The notes: generated by a model from the letters alone, not told the origin. DNA of 64,000 nt from Treponemataceae bacterium (GCA_963667725.2 CAXXHO010000005.1:992001-1056000); one strand, 5' to 3'. Counted from the first letter of the stretch, positions 19,526 to 29,048 are shown. A program made the numbers and translations.

Positions 19526-19684
19526 GATTTACCCCTGATCCGCTGTCGCGAAATTTGGCCTTTTGCATAATAGCCTCCGGCGAGTTGCGTTACCAGCTCG
19601 GGCCAGGTATTGCGGCCGACGGTAAGACGTCAATCGCGAATTTGGCGAATGAAGACATGAAAAATATCGGAATGATTATTTCTG

Positions 19685-19743
19685 TTGACAAGTCTGGAAG
19701 GTCATGTATTATGATAGTGTATTGGTATACCGGTATGCCAATA
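19685..19743 (+). promoter_or_regulatory. sigma70 promoter plus FadR-type operator
   Basis: TTGACA-N16-TATTAT followed by the near-perfect palindrome TATTGGTATACCGGTATGCCAATA (19720-19743). Confidence 0.8.
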
Positions 19744-19794
19744 TCGATGTCGTCTGAACGTCGGAAGGTTATCGTTCTTGCGTCGAGGTGGGTT

Positions 19795-20880
19795 GTGAAA
19801 ATTGCAGTTCTGGGGGGGGGCGGCGGCGCTCATGCCATGGCGGCGGACTTGGCGCTGGCCGGACATGAGATCAGGATGGCCGAGCTGCCTTCAATGGGCG
19901 AGAACATCGCCGCCGCGCAGGCATTGGGCGGCATACAGCTCACGGGCACGGCCCCGATGGGGGGCAGTCCCGGCTTCGCTCGTCTCGCCCTCATCACGAC
20001 AAACATCCCCGAGGCGGTAGAGAATGCCAAGCTTGTGATGGTTGTCGTGCCCGCCTATGGACACGAAGCATTCATGCGCGAGCTCATCGGCTGCGTCCGC
20101 AAAGACCAGACAGTCGTTTTCCATTCCAGCTATTTTTCCTCATTGATATTCGCGAAAATGCTCAAGGAAGCGGGGCGCGAGGGCGAGATCCTCTTCGGGG
20201 AAACCACGTCGCTGCTGTACCTTGCCCATCTGAGAGGAGCGGGCAGGGTCTGGATCAAGGCTGGGAAGCGCCGGATGCCTTTCGCGGCTTTTCCCGCCAA
20301 CCGCACCGAAGAAGCTTTGAAGCGCGTCAACCCCGTATATCCCCAGTTGGTGCCCGCGCGGAATGTTTTCGATACAAGCCTGAACGAAGCTGGAGTCCTC
20401 GTCCATCCGGTCACCACGCTGCTGAACCTCAGCCGCATCGAACGGAATGGCCCATACAAGAGCAATTACTATGATCTCACTCCCGGAATCGGAAAGGTCA
20501 TGGACATCGTCGACGGCGAAAGACAAGCGGTTCAGCGCGCGCTGGGGCTTCCTCCCGTTTCCCTGCCTTCGATGATCCACGATTTCTTCAATGTTTCGGG
20601 CAAAAATTGCTACGAAGCGATCTACAACTGCCCTAACTACAGCAAACAGACAACGCCGGACGGGCTTGAGCACCGCTATATAAGCGAAGATGTGCCTTTT
20701 GGCCTGGTACCCACGACGGCCATAGGCGAGCAGATGGGATTGGACATGTCGACGACCCGGAGCATCGTCCAGCTGGCAGGTTCAGCGGCCGGAAAAGATT
20801 TCTGGAAGGAAGGCCGTTCGCTGGAAGTCATGGGCCTTAGCGGCATGGACTCCGCGCAGATGCTTCGCCATGTCAGTTAA
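19795..20880 (+). CDS. NAD/NADP octopine/nopaline (opine) dehydrogenase family protein
   Basis: GTG start after GAGGTG; KIAVLGGGGGA Rossmann motif, VVPAYGH, HPVTTLLN, VDGER, HRYISEDVPFGL. Confidence 0.9.
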   Translation: MKIAVLGGGGGAHAMAADLALAGHEIRMAELPSMGENIAAAQALGGIQLTGTAPMGGSPGFARLALITTNIPEAVENAKLVMVVVPAYGHEAFMRELIGCVRKDQTVVFHSSYFSSLIFAKMLKEAGREGEILFGETTSLLYLAHLRGAGRVWIKAGKRRMPFAAFPANRTEEALKRVNPVYPQLVPARNVFDTSLNEAGVLVHPVTTLLNLSRIERNGPYKSNYYDLTPGIGKVMDIVDGERQAVQRALGLPPVSLPSMIHDFFNVSGKNCYEAIYNCPNYSKQTTPDGLEHRYISEDVPFGLVPTTAIGEQMGLDMSTTRSIVQLAGSAAGKDFWKEGRSLEVMGLSGMDSAQMLRHVS

Positions 20881-20902
20881 TTCGGAATTCTTAGTATAAG
20901 CA

Positions 20903-20962
20903 TTGACAAATCCGGATAGTGGATTATGATGGAGATTGGTATACCGGTATATCAGTATACCA
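20903..20962 (+). promoter_or_regulatory. sigma70 promoter plus second FadR-type operator
   Basis: TTGACA-N16-TATGAT then ATTGGTATACCGGTATATCAGTATACCA; 16 bp identical to the 19721 site. Confidence 0.8.
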
Positions 20963-20986
20963 TAAAATATTTAAATTGGAGGCTTC

Positions 20987-21748
20987 ATGCGAACGGATAT
21001 GATCGAACCTCTTGACCGATCGACTTCATCCGGCGGGAGCATGCTGTATACGCAGATATTCCACCAGATTCGTCAGTGGATCAGGGAAGGCAAACTCAAG
21101 GAAGGCGATATCCTTCCTTCCGAACGCGATCTTGCGCAGTTATTCGACGTAAGCCGGGTTCCTGTTCGCGAAGCGCTGAAAATTCTGGAGTTCACCGGCG
21201 TCGCGGAACAGGTTCGCGGCAAAGGCCTCTTCATCAAGAAGATCAGCATCAACAACCTGATAAGCAACATAGACTTCGTGCTCATGGACAGCGCGCACAC
21301 CTTGCTGGATCTTTTCGAGGCGCGCGAGGGAATCGAGATACAGGCCGCCTCTCTCGCCGCGCAGCGATGGAATGAGGGCGATATGGCCATCATGGAAGAA
21401 GCCATAGCCTCCATGGAAAAGAAACTCCGCACCGGGGAGGAAATCCTGGACACGTCGATGAGTTTCCATACGGCGGTCATCGCGGCTTCGCACAATAAGG
21501 CCATGTGGGAAATCAATCTTTACATTTCGGACTGGCTGCACATCGCCAGGGAGGCCATCTACAAGCAGACGACGTTGCACGAGGAAGGCCTGCGCGACCA
21601 CCAGGAGATTCTCGACAGAATCAGGCACCACGACAGCGAGGGCGCCGCCCAGAAAATGAAAAATCACCTGATACGCTCGAAGAAAGTGATCGAAGAGGCT
21701 GTCGCCGCCGCGGCGCTGTCGACCAATACCAAAGCATCCAAGGAATAG
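20987..21748 (+). CDS. GntR/FadR family transcriptional regulator
   Basis: LPSERDLAQLFDVSRVPVREAL HTH; FCD domain with FH..ASHN..DH..H. Confidence 0.93.
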   Translation: MRTDMIEPLDRSTSSGGSMLYTQIFHQIRQWIREGKLKEGDILPSERDLAQLFDVSRVPVREALKILEFTGVAEQVRGKGLFIKKISINNLISNIDFVLMDSAHTLLDLFEAREGIEIQAASLAAQRWNEGDMAIMEEAIASMEKKLRTGEEILDTSMSFHTAVIAASHNKAMWEINLYISDWLHIAREAIYKQTTLHEEGLRDHQEILDRIRHHDSEGAAQKMKNHLIRSKKVIEEAVAAAALSTNTKASKE

Positions 21749-21752
21749 CATC

Positions 21753-22745
21753 ATGCGGAAAATTGAACGAGTGAAGAAGGCCCTCCGTGGAGAGGCCGTC
21801 GACCGGATACCCTACAGTATCTGGACGCATTTCCCGATCGTCGATCTGGATGCGGCCGGGCTCGCGAAGAGCACGATGGCTTTCTATCGCGAGTACGACC
21901 TCGATTTCGTGAAGAGCATGCCGAACGGGATGTTCTCGATAGAAGACTACGACTGCGGATGCGATTTCAGCGAAGTGCCCAAGGGCGGAGTGGCCAAGGC
22001 CACGAAGCTCGCGGTGACAAGGCCTTCCGACTGGGAGAAGTTGAGCGATCTTGATATTGAAAGCGGCGCCCTCGGCAGGGAACTGAAATCGCTCAACCTG
22101 ATTCTGGACGAGATTCATGGCGAAGCGCCGGTGATCGCCACGGTATTCTCTCCTCTCACGACGGCGCTGAAACTTTCCGGACCGAACCTGATGGCGCATA
22201 TACTGACCGATCCGGAAAAAGTGAAAGCCGGACTGGAGATCCTCACTTCGACCACCAGGCGCTTCGCCGAAAAGGCTATTGAAATGGGCTGCGCCGGCAT
22301 CTTCCTCGCGAGCCAAATGGCGCAGCGCGGCAAGATGAGCGAAGTGGAGTATAGGGAGTTCGGTCTTCCCTATGACCTTCGCGTGCTCGAAGCGGTCAAG
22401 GCGAAGTCCTGGTTCAATATCATGCATATCCACGGCGATGACATACTGTTCGATCTTCTGAAGGACTATCCAGTGCAGGGCTTAAGCTGGCATGTCTGGG
22501 AGACGGCCCCGACGGTCGAGGATTTCGTGGCGGCGGACACTGATAAATGCCTTGTGGGCGGGCTTCGGAGATTCAAGATCACCGAAGGCGAGCTTCCCGA
22601 GATCGCGAAGGATATTTCGGAAACGATACGTCAGACCGGAGGCAGGCGGCTTTTCCTGGCGCCTGGCTGTGAGATACGCGCGCCCTACAACGCGGCCGCG
22701 TTCGAATTCATCAAACGCGCCGTCTCCGAAACGGCTTCGAATTAG
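21753..22745 (+). CDS. Uroporphyrinogen decarboxylase (URO-D/MtaA) superfamily protein, function unknown
   Basis: ALRGEAVDRIP..WTHF, TVFSPLT, IMHIHG, LVGGL, FLAPGC. Confidence 0.85.
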   Translation: MRKIERVKKALRGEAVDRIPYSIWTHFPIVDLDAAGLAKSTMAFYREYDLDFVKSMPNGMFSIEDYDCGCDFSEVPKGGVAKATKLAVTRPSDWEKLSDLDIESGALGRELKSLNLILDEIHGEAPVIATVFSPLTTALKLSGPNLMAHILTDPEKVKAGLEILTSTTRRFAEKAIEMGCAGIFLASQMAQRGKMSEVEYREFGLPYDLRVLEAVKAKSWFNIMHIHGDDILFDLLKDYPVQGLSWHVWETAPTVEDFVAADTDKCLVGGLRRFKITEGELPEIAKDISETIRQTGGRRLFLAPGCEIRAPYNAAAFEFIKRAVSETASN

Positions 22746-22759
22746 AGGGAGGAATTGCT

Positions 22760-23206
22760 ATGAAGAAAAAGCTGCAGGCAGGCGCCTGGGCAGGAATCGT
22801 TTTCCTGGCCATTGGCATTCTTTTCTTTGCCTACTCGCTGATCTATCCGTATTCAAGCGAGGTCGGCCCCGGTTCCGGTTTCTTCCCGATTTGGATTTCC
22901 GGCTTCCTGATCGTTCTGGCCCTTATCTACATCTATGAAAGCGTCAAGGGCAACGACTCGGCGGAAGAAATAACCAGGGAGAGTTTCACGAAAGTGCTCA
23001 TGATCGTCATCTTCATGGTACTGTTCGTGCTTTTCCTCCCCATCGCGGGTTTTAATATCAGCGGTACGGCATTCCTGTTCGCCATGTTCTTCAAGTCTTA
23101 CGGGCTGGTAAAGAACCTGATAATCTCCCTCGTCTCGACCTTGGCGATCTATTTCCTGTTCTTGCTTCTGGGCGTTCAGTTACCGCTGAACGCGCTCGGA
23201 TTCTAG
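22760..23206 (+). CDS. tctB: Tripartite tricarboxylate transporter TctB
   Basis: GPGSGFFP, ~4-5 TM, LGVQLP; adjacent to tctA. Confidence 0.88.
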   Translation: MKKKLQAGAWAGIVFLAIGILFFAYSLIYPYSSEVGPGSGFFPIWISGFLIVLALIYIYESVKGNDSAEEITRESFTKVLMIVIFMVLFVLFLPIAGFNISGTAFLFAMFFKSYGLVKNLIISLVSTLAIYFLFLLLGVQLPLNALGF

Positions 23207-23218
23207 GAGGCGGCACAA

Positions 23219-24724
23219 ATGGAAGCACTTAATCTGCTCATGCACGGATTCCAGACTGCGTTCACATTGAACAACCTCCTGTTCTGCCTCATCGGCGTGA
23301 CGGTCGGCCAGTTTATCGGCGTCCTTCCCGGCCTCGGGCCCGTCGCGGGCATGGCGATCCTGATCCCCCTGACCTACGGCCTGGAGCCCACGACGGCCAT
23401 CATCATGCTGTCGGGGATTTTCTACGCGGCGATGTACGGCGGAACGATAACCTCGGTCCTTATCAACACGCCCGGGGAAAGCGCCTCCACCATCACCTGT
23501 CTTGATGGCTACCAGATGGCGCGCCAGGGACGAGCCGGCGCGGCCCTCGGCATCGCGGCCATAGGCTCCTTCGTCGGCGGCGTCGTCGCCCTGGTATGCC
23601 TCACCTTCCTGGGGCCGCCCATCGCCAAGTTCGCCGTCCGTTTCGGTCCGCCCGAGTTCTTCGCCATAATGTCCTTCGGCCTTCTCCTGATCGTCGGATT
23701 GATGGGCAAATCCATCGCCAAAGGAATGATAGCGGCGGTCTTCGGCATTCTCCTGTCGCTGATAGGCATGGATCCCGCGACGGGCACGGACCGTTTCACT
23801 TTTGGCCAGCTCTGGCTCCTGGACGGCGTCGAATTCGTCGTCCTCGCCATGGGAATTTTCGGCATCTCGGAAATCCTGGTCAACGCGGAAAAGAATATGG
23901 ATATTCCGGTTCCCCCGAAAGTGAAGGGCTTCATTCCCAAAAGAAGCGAGTGGGGAATTTCGGCCAAGGCCATCGGAAGAGGCACCGTGATCGGCATGGT
24001 GTTAGGACTGATCCCGGGGGCGAGCGCCTCCGTGGCTTCCCTCATGGCTTATTCGACCGAGAAAAAAGTGTCGAAGCACCCCGAACAGTTCGGCAAAGGC
24101 GCCATCGAAGGCGTCGCTGCTCCGGAGACGGCGAACAACGCGTTTTCCGGCGCCGCCATGATCCCCCTTCTCACGCTGGGCATCCCGAGCTCCCCGACGG
24201 TCGCCATGCTCATCGGCGCCTTCACGATGCATGGGCTCGTGCCGGGACCTCTCCTCTACGAGAAGAATCCCACCTTCCTCTGGGGCCTCATCGCCTCCAT
24301 GTTCATCGGCAACGTCGTCCTACTCGTGATGAACCTTCCCATGGCCAACATGTGGGCGAAGGTGGCGCGCATTCCTTACAAGCTGCTGGGGCCGCTTATC
24401 ATTCTCATCTGCATGGTCGGCGTCTACAGCGTCAACAGGATGATACCCGAGATCGCCCTTTTAACCTTGTTCGGCGTTGTCGGGTATTTCATGAAAAAAC
24501 TCGAGATCCCGGGCGCTGCGGTGATCCTGGCCTTCATCCTGGGGAACAATCTGGAATATACGCTCATCCAGACGCTGAGCATGTCCAATAATGGACTGTT
24601 ATACCTGTTCCAGAGACCGATTTCAGGCGTGATGATGGGGCTCTGCATCCTCATCCTGATTGGCTCGATCGTCTCTTCGGTGATGAAAAAGAGGGACAAG
24701 CTGGCGGCGGATCAGGAAGTCTGA
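23219..24724 (+). CDS. tctA: Tripartite tricarboxylate transporter TctA
   Basis: GVLPGLG, YGGTITSVLINTPG, DGYQMARQG, APETANNA, LLTLGIP. Confidence 0.95.
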   Translation: MEALNLLMHGFQTAFTLNNLLFCLIGVTVGQFIGVLPGLGPVAGMAILIPLTYGLEPTTAIIMLSGIFYAAMYGGTITSVLINTPGESASTITCLDGYQMARQGRAGAALGIAAIGSFVGGVVALVCLTFLGPPIAKFAVRFGPPEFFAIMSFGLLLIVGLMGKSIAKGMIAAVFGILLSLIGMDPATGTDRFTFGQLWLLDGVEFVVLAMGIFGISEILVNAEKNMDIPVPPKVKGFIPKRSEWGISAKAIGRGTVIGMVLGLIPGASASVASLMAYSTEKKVSKHPEQFGKGAIEGVAAPETANNAFSGAAMIPLLTLGIPSSPTVAMLIGAFTMHGLVPGPLLYEKNPTFLWGLIASMFIGNVVLLVMNLPMANMWAKVARIPYKLLGPLIILICMVGVYSVNRMIPEIALLTLFGVVGYFMKKLEIPGAAVILAFILGNNLEYTLIQTLSMSNNGLLYLFQRPISGVMMGLCILILIGSIVSSVMKKRDKLAADQEV

Positions 24725-24792
24725 TCCGGAATTTGATTCGGTGACGAAACCCGGTTCGTTAGAGCCGGGCTAGAGATAAAGGAGGGAACTAT

Positions 24793-25770
24793 ATGAACAT
24801 GAGAAAAGGTTCGCGGATCGCGATGGTGCTGGCGACATTGCTCGCGCTGACGGCGCTCCTGCCTCAGGCCGTTTTCGCCCAGGACTATCCGAAAAGACCG
24901 ATCACGGCGATCGTGGCCTTCGGCGCCGGCGGCGGAACCGACCTCGCCGCGCGCATCATCCTGAAGTTCGCCGAAAAATACATCGGCGGCATCTTCGTCG
25001 TCGAGAACAAACCCGGCGCCGGCGGCGCCCTCGGCTTCACCGCCATAGCCCAGGCCAAGCCCGACGGCTACACGATCGGCATGATCAATCCGCCGAGCGT
25101 TCTCTTCAACCCGATCCAGCTCGGCGATAAAGTAAAGTACAAGCTCTCCGATTTCGCCCTCATCGCCAACTTCGTCAGCGACCCGGGTGCCATCATGGTT
25201 TCGTACGACAGCAAGTTTAAGACACTGCCGGAGGTCGTCGCCTGGGCAAAGGCGAATCCCGGCAAGCTCCGCATCGGTTACGGCGGCCCCGGAACCCAGG
25301 AAGCGCTCACGCTGAGAAAGTGGATCGCGGACAACGATCTCAAAGTGCTCAAGGTTCCCTTCGAAGGCACCGGCACCAACCTGACCGCTCTTCTGGGCGG
25401 CAACACCGAAGTCATGTTCGCCAACGCTTCCGAAATCATGCCGCAGTATGAGGCGAAGCAGATCCGCGTCCTCGCGGTCGGCACCGAAAAGCGCTTCAGC
25501 TGGATGCCCGAAGTTCCGACCTTCAAGGAAGGTGGATTCAACGCCACCCAGATGGCGATGCGCGGTCTCGCGGCGCCCAAGGGCATCGACCCGGCGAACC
25601 TCAAGAAGCTCGCCGACGCGATGAAGAAGACCTTCGACGATCCGGAATTCCAGGCCAAGGCCAAGGAAGTGAATCTTCCCCTCGATTATCAGGGCCCGGA
25701 GCAGTTCCTCAAGACGCTTCAGACCCTCGATGTTTTCTATCGCGCCGAATACGCCGCGAATCCCTGGTAA
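24793..25770 (+). CDS. tctC: Tripartite tricarboxylate transporter substrate-binding TctC (Bug)
   Basis: YPKRPI..FGAGGGTD..AR, ENKPGAGG, PDGYT, PEVPT. Confidence 0.93.
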   Translation: MNMRKGSRIAMVLATLLALTALLPQAVFAQDYPKRPITAIVAFGAGGGTDLAARIILKFAEKYIGGIFVVENKPGAGGALGFTAIAQAKPDGYTIGMINPPSVLFNPIQLGDKVKYKLSDFALIANFVSDPGAIMVSYDSKFKTLPEVVAWAKANPGKLRIGYGGPGTQEALTLRKWIADNDLKVLKVPFEGTGTNLTALLGGNTEVMFANASEIMPQYEAKQIRVLAVGTEKRFSWMPEVPTFKEGGFNATQMAMRGLAAPKGIDPANLKKLADAMKKTFDDPEFQAKAKEVNLPLDYQGPEQFLKTLQTLDVFYRAEYAANPW

Positions 25771-25781
25771 TGTAACCGCTG

Positions 25782-25825
25782 CCCGGGCCGTCATGGGGAA
25801 ATCGTCCGTGACGCCCGGGTTTTTT
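25782..25825 (+). terminator. Intrinsic terminator-like hairpin after tctC
   Basis: CCCGGG-CGTCATGG...CCGTGACG-CCCGGG followed by T6. Confidence 0.65.
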
Positions 25826-25853
25826 CGAAATACAATCTAAAAGGAATCCACGA

Positions 25854-27143
25854 ATGACCGAAACCCGCCCGCTTTTCTACGATGCCTATCTCGCGATCCT
25901 GCGCGAGGAACTCGTGCCCGCGATGGGCTGTACCGAACCTATCGCCGTGGCCTTCGCGGCCGCGACCGCGCGTGACATTCTCGGCTTGCGTCCCGAGAGC
26001 GCCGAGATACGCTGCAGCGCCAATATCATCAAGAATGTCAAAGGCGTCACGGTTCCGAATACCGGAGGCATGCGCGGCATCAGGGCGGCGGCGACGGCGG
26101 GAATTGTGGGTGGCAACGCGCAGGCCAAGCTCGAAGTGCTCAAATCGGTCACGAAAGAAGATTTGGTCGAGGTGAAGCGGCTGCTGGCTGTAGGATTCTG
26201 CAAGGCCGCGCTCGCCGAAGGTCTTGAAGGGCTCTATATAGAGGCGATCGTCCACGCCGGCGGCCAGAGCGCGGAAGTCGTCATCAAGGACAGCCATACC
26301 GGCGTTTCGCGCATTCGCAAGAATGGCGTCACGGTTTTCGAAGCCGAAGGAAAGAAAGTGGGCGGCGATGCCGTCGCGGCGCGTCCCGGCTACAATCTCC
26401 TGAACGTGCGCGATATCCTGGAATTTGCCAATACCGTTGACCTCTCCGAGGTATCCAGCCTCCTCGAAGGGCAGATACGGATGAACGGGGCGATTTCAGA
26501 CGAAGGGATGATCAATGACTACGGCGTTTCCGTAGGCAAGACTATCATCGCCAGGGAAGGCGGCAATGTCAGGTCGCGCGCGCGGGCCAGAGCCGCGGCG
26601 GGCAGCGACGCGAGAATGGGCGGCTGCGCCCTTCCCGTCGTCATCAATTCCGGCAGCGGAAACCAGGGCATCACCGTTTCGATCCCCGTCATCGAATACG
26701 CCAGCGAATTGAAGTCCGATCATGAAACGCTGCTGCGCGCCCTCATCGTATCGAACCTCGTCGCGCTCGAGCAGAAAGAATATATCGGCAAGCTCTCGGC
26801 GTACTGCGGCGCCGTTTCGGCGGCGGTGGGCAGCGGCGCTGGCATAACCTACCTCTGCGGCGGCGGATACGACAAGATCGCCATGACCATAACGAACGCC
26901 ATCGCCACGGCGGGCGGAATGTTCTGCGACGGCGCGAAGTCCTCCTGCGCGGCGAAGATAGCCACGGCACTGGAAGCGGCGATAACCGCTCACGAAATGA
27001 GCCTGCAGGGGAAGAGCTTCTCCTCGGGCGAGGGCCTCGTCGGCGAGGATGTCGAAAAGACCATCCGCAATATAGGAAGCGTCGGGAAGACGGGGATGCG
27101 CTCCACCGATATCGAGATAATCCGAATCATGCTGGATGAGTGA
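25854..27143 (+). CDS. L-cysteine desulfidase-like protein (UPF0597/YhaM, serine dehydratase alpha fold)
   Basis: PAMGCTEP, KNVKGV, GSDARMGGC..NSGSGNQG, LSAYCG, CDGAKSSCA. Confidence 0.88.
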   Translation: MTETRPLFYDAYLAILREELVPAMGCTEPIAVAFAAATARDILGLRPESAEIRCSANIIKNVKGVTVPNTGGMRGIRAAATAGIVGGNAQAKLEVLKSVTKEDLVEVKRLLAVGFCKAALAEGLEGLYIEAIVHAGGQSAEVVIKDSHTGVSRIRKNGVTVFEAEGKKVGGDAVAARPGYNLLNVRDILEFANTVDLSEVSSLLEGQIRMNGAISDEGMINDYGVSVGKTIIAREGGNVRSRARARAAAGSDARMGGCALPVVINSGSGNQGITVSIPVIEYASELKSDHETLLRALIVSNLVALEQKEYIGKLSAYCGAVSAAVGSGAGITYLCGGGYDKIAMTITNAIATAGGMFCDGAKSSCAAKIATALEAAITAHEMSLQGKSFSSGEGLVGEDVEKTIRNIGSVGKTGMRSTDIEIIRIMLDE

Positions 27144-27239
27144 GCTTGCCAGAGCCCGCTATAGCCGCGAGGATTCCTGATCGGCCTAAACGCAAATCGA
27201 CAAGTCTTAAATAAAACACGATCGCGAAACAAAATGTTT

Positions 27240-27275
27240 ATACATCTTGAATGTATGACTATATAGTTGTATATT
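27240..27275 (+). promoter_or_regulatory. Promoter with an inverted repeat over the -35 box
   Basis: TTGAAT-N17-TATATT; ATACAT-N5-ATGTAT at 27240-27256. Confidence 0.5.
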
Positions 27276-27285
27276 CTCATACGTT

Positions 27286-27732
27286 ATGACAAAGAAAATA
27301 GATTTATCGGAGCGCGAACGCGAAACGAAGCGCTCCACGATATACATCAACGAAAAGCTCGGCGCGCTTCTGTCGAAATACCTGCGGAGGAAGAACGACA
27401 CGAGCGGCAAGAACGAAGGACAGAGCGCGACGATCACGCGCATCATGGATCGTTACGATGTGTTCATGCGGATCGAGCGGCGCACGATCCGCGATGTTTT
27501 TACCCGCGATGAATTCAGCGTCATGCTGAAAAAAGCTTTTTACAAGACCTTCCATCCGGCCGAGGGCATCCTCGGCGCCGTGCTCGACGAGGCTATCAAC
27601 GAAGCGGACAACACCTTCCTGCTGCACAACGTAGACCGCGAAACCCTCATAGGAAAGCTCAATGGATTGACGCCGGGCCAGCAGCTTGCGCTGGTGGACT
27701 GGCTGGAAGAGATGCGAGCCGAAGCCGTCTGA
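27286..27732 (+). CDS. Hypothetical protein, possible ribbon-helix-helix DNA-binding protein
   Basis: Basic N-terminus KRSTIYINEKL followed by helices; fills the intergenic gap. Confidence 0.6.
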   Translation: MTKKIDLSERERETKRSTIYINEKLGALLSKYLRRKNDTSGKNEGQSATITRIMDRYDVFMRIERRTIRDVFTRDEFSVMLKKAFYKTFHPAEGILGAVLDEAINEADNTFLLHNVDRETLIGKLNGLTPGQQLALVDWLEEMRAEAV

Positions 27733-27836
27733 TACCTACCGTGTAGATTCCAGCTCAGTGCATTGAGCTTATTCCATAGTAAATATGGACATATACAGTT
27801 ACATCACCGCAAAGCCTCACTATAAGGAAAGAATCA

Positions 27837-28916
27837 ATGAAAAAATTCATAAAAGCCTGTTGCATGACAGTGCTCCTCGCCGGCTTCATCGTGGGATGCG
27901 CCGCGCCCCTAGCCGACAATCTTACCCCGCCGACCGTGAGCTCCACGGTTCCGACCACCGGCGAAAACGGCATGCCTCTTAATGGCAACATCTCCGTCAC
28001 CTTCAGCAAGGAAATGGCCCCCGCGACGGTCAATGCCACCACCTTTACAGTGACTGGTCCCGCGACGGCCGTAACCGGCACAGTAGCGATGAATGACGGC
28101 CTCACTGGCGTCTTCACTCCCACTGGCTCACTCGCCGGCAATACGCTCTACACTGCCACCGTCAGCACCGGAGTGCAGGACGTGTATACCAACGCGATGG
28201 AAAGCGCCTATACCTGGAGCTTCACCACCGGAGCCAGCGTTTCTTCCAGCCCGGCCATCGTCAACCTTGGCACGGCGGGCAATTTCGTCATTCTGGCCAA
28301 ATCCGCCGTCTCGACCACGGGCACCACCGCGGTCACGGGAAACATCGGGCTAAGCCCGGCAGCCACCAGCTTCCTGACTGGATTTTCTCTAACGATGGAC
28401 CCCACGAACGTATACGCGACCTCGAGCCTCGTGACCGACAGGCTGTACGCCGCGGACATGACTCCCCCCACTCCCGACAATATGACCACCGCCGTGGCTA
28501 ACATGGAAACCGCCTATACCGACGCCGCCGGACGCGTGACGCCCGACTTCCTCAACCTGGGCGCTGGCGACGTGAGCGGACTTACCCTCGTCCCCGGCCT
28601 CTACAAGTGGGGAACCGGACTCCTGATGGCTTCTGATATCACTATTTCGGGCAACGCCACCGATATCTGGATTTTCCAGGTGTCGGAGAATCTGACCGTG
28701 AGCAGTGGCGTCATGGTAACCTTGAGCGGCGGCGCTCTGCCCGAGCACATTTTCTGGCAGGTAGCGGGAGATGTATCGCTCGGAACTACTTCGAACTTCA
28801 AGGGAATCATCCTTTGCCAGACGCAGATAGTGATGCGGACAGGCGCGGTGCTGAATGGCAGGGCGCTCGCCCAGACTCAGGTAACCTTGGATGCCAACGC
28901 CGTAACCCAGCCTTAA
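27837..28916 (+). CDS. Lipoprotein with Ig-like (Big_5) and DUF3494 ice-binding-like domains
   Basis: Lipobox-like FIVGC; PTV.ST.P..VTFSKEM..YTWSFTT; VNLGTAGNFVILAKS, AYTDAAGR, LVPGLYKW, IFWQVAG, GRALAQT.VTLDAN. Confidence 0.92.
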   Translation: MKKFIKACCMTVLLAGFIVGCAAPLADNLTPPTVSSTVPTTGENGMPLNGNISVTFSKEMAPATVNATTFTVTGPATAVTGTVAMNDGLTGVFTPTGSLAGNTLYTATVSTGVQDVYTNAMESAYTWSFTTGASVSSSPAIVNLGTAGNFVILAKSAVSTTGTTAVTGNIGLSPAATSFLTGFSLTMDPTNVYATSSLVTDRLYAADMTPPTPDNMTTAVANMETAYTDAAGRVTPDFLNLGAGDVSGLTLVPGLYKWGTGLLMASDITISGNATDIWIFQVSENLTVSSGVMVTLSGGALPEHIFWQVAGDVSLGTTSNFKGIILCQTQIVMRTGAVLNGRALAQTQVTLDANAVTQP

Positions 28917-28941
28917 CGCCGAGCTATACTTAAAAACGACG

Positions 28942-28980
28942 AGGGGCTGCCCGGAATTTTCCGGGCAGCCCCTTTCTTTT
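28942..28980 (+). terminator. Rho-independent terminator
   Basis: Perfect 14-bp stem AGGGGCTGCCCGGA/TCCGGGCAGCCCCT followed by TTCTTTT. Confidence 0.9.
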
Positions 28981-29048
28981 GCCCCAGGCAGGGGGATTCA
29001 TCGACAAGGTCCATCGATCCGCATTACACTTTATGCCATGGAGCCAGC

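Noticed and set aside
19546..19646. Direct repeat TCGCGAA(A)TTTGGC twice in the dmpA-ODH spacer
   Set aside because: Only two imperfect copies with no other support; could be chance
21753..22745. Calling this gene hemE
   Set aside because: Lacks the RQAGR signature of true uroporphyrinogen decarboxylase, and there is no tetrapyrrole gene context
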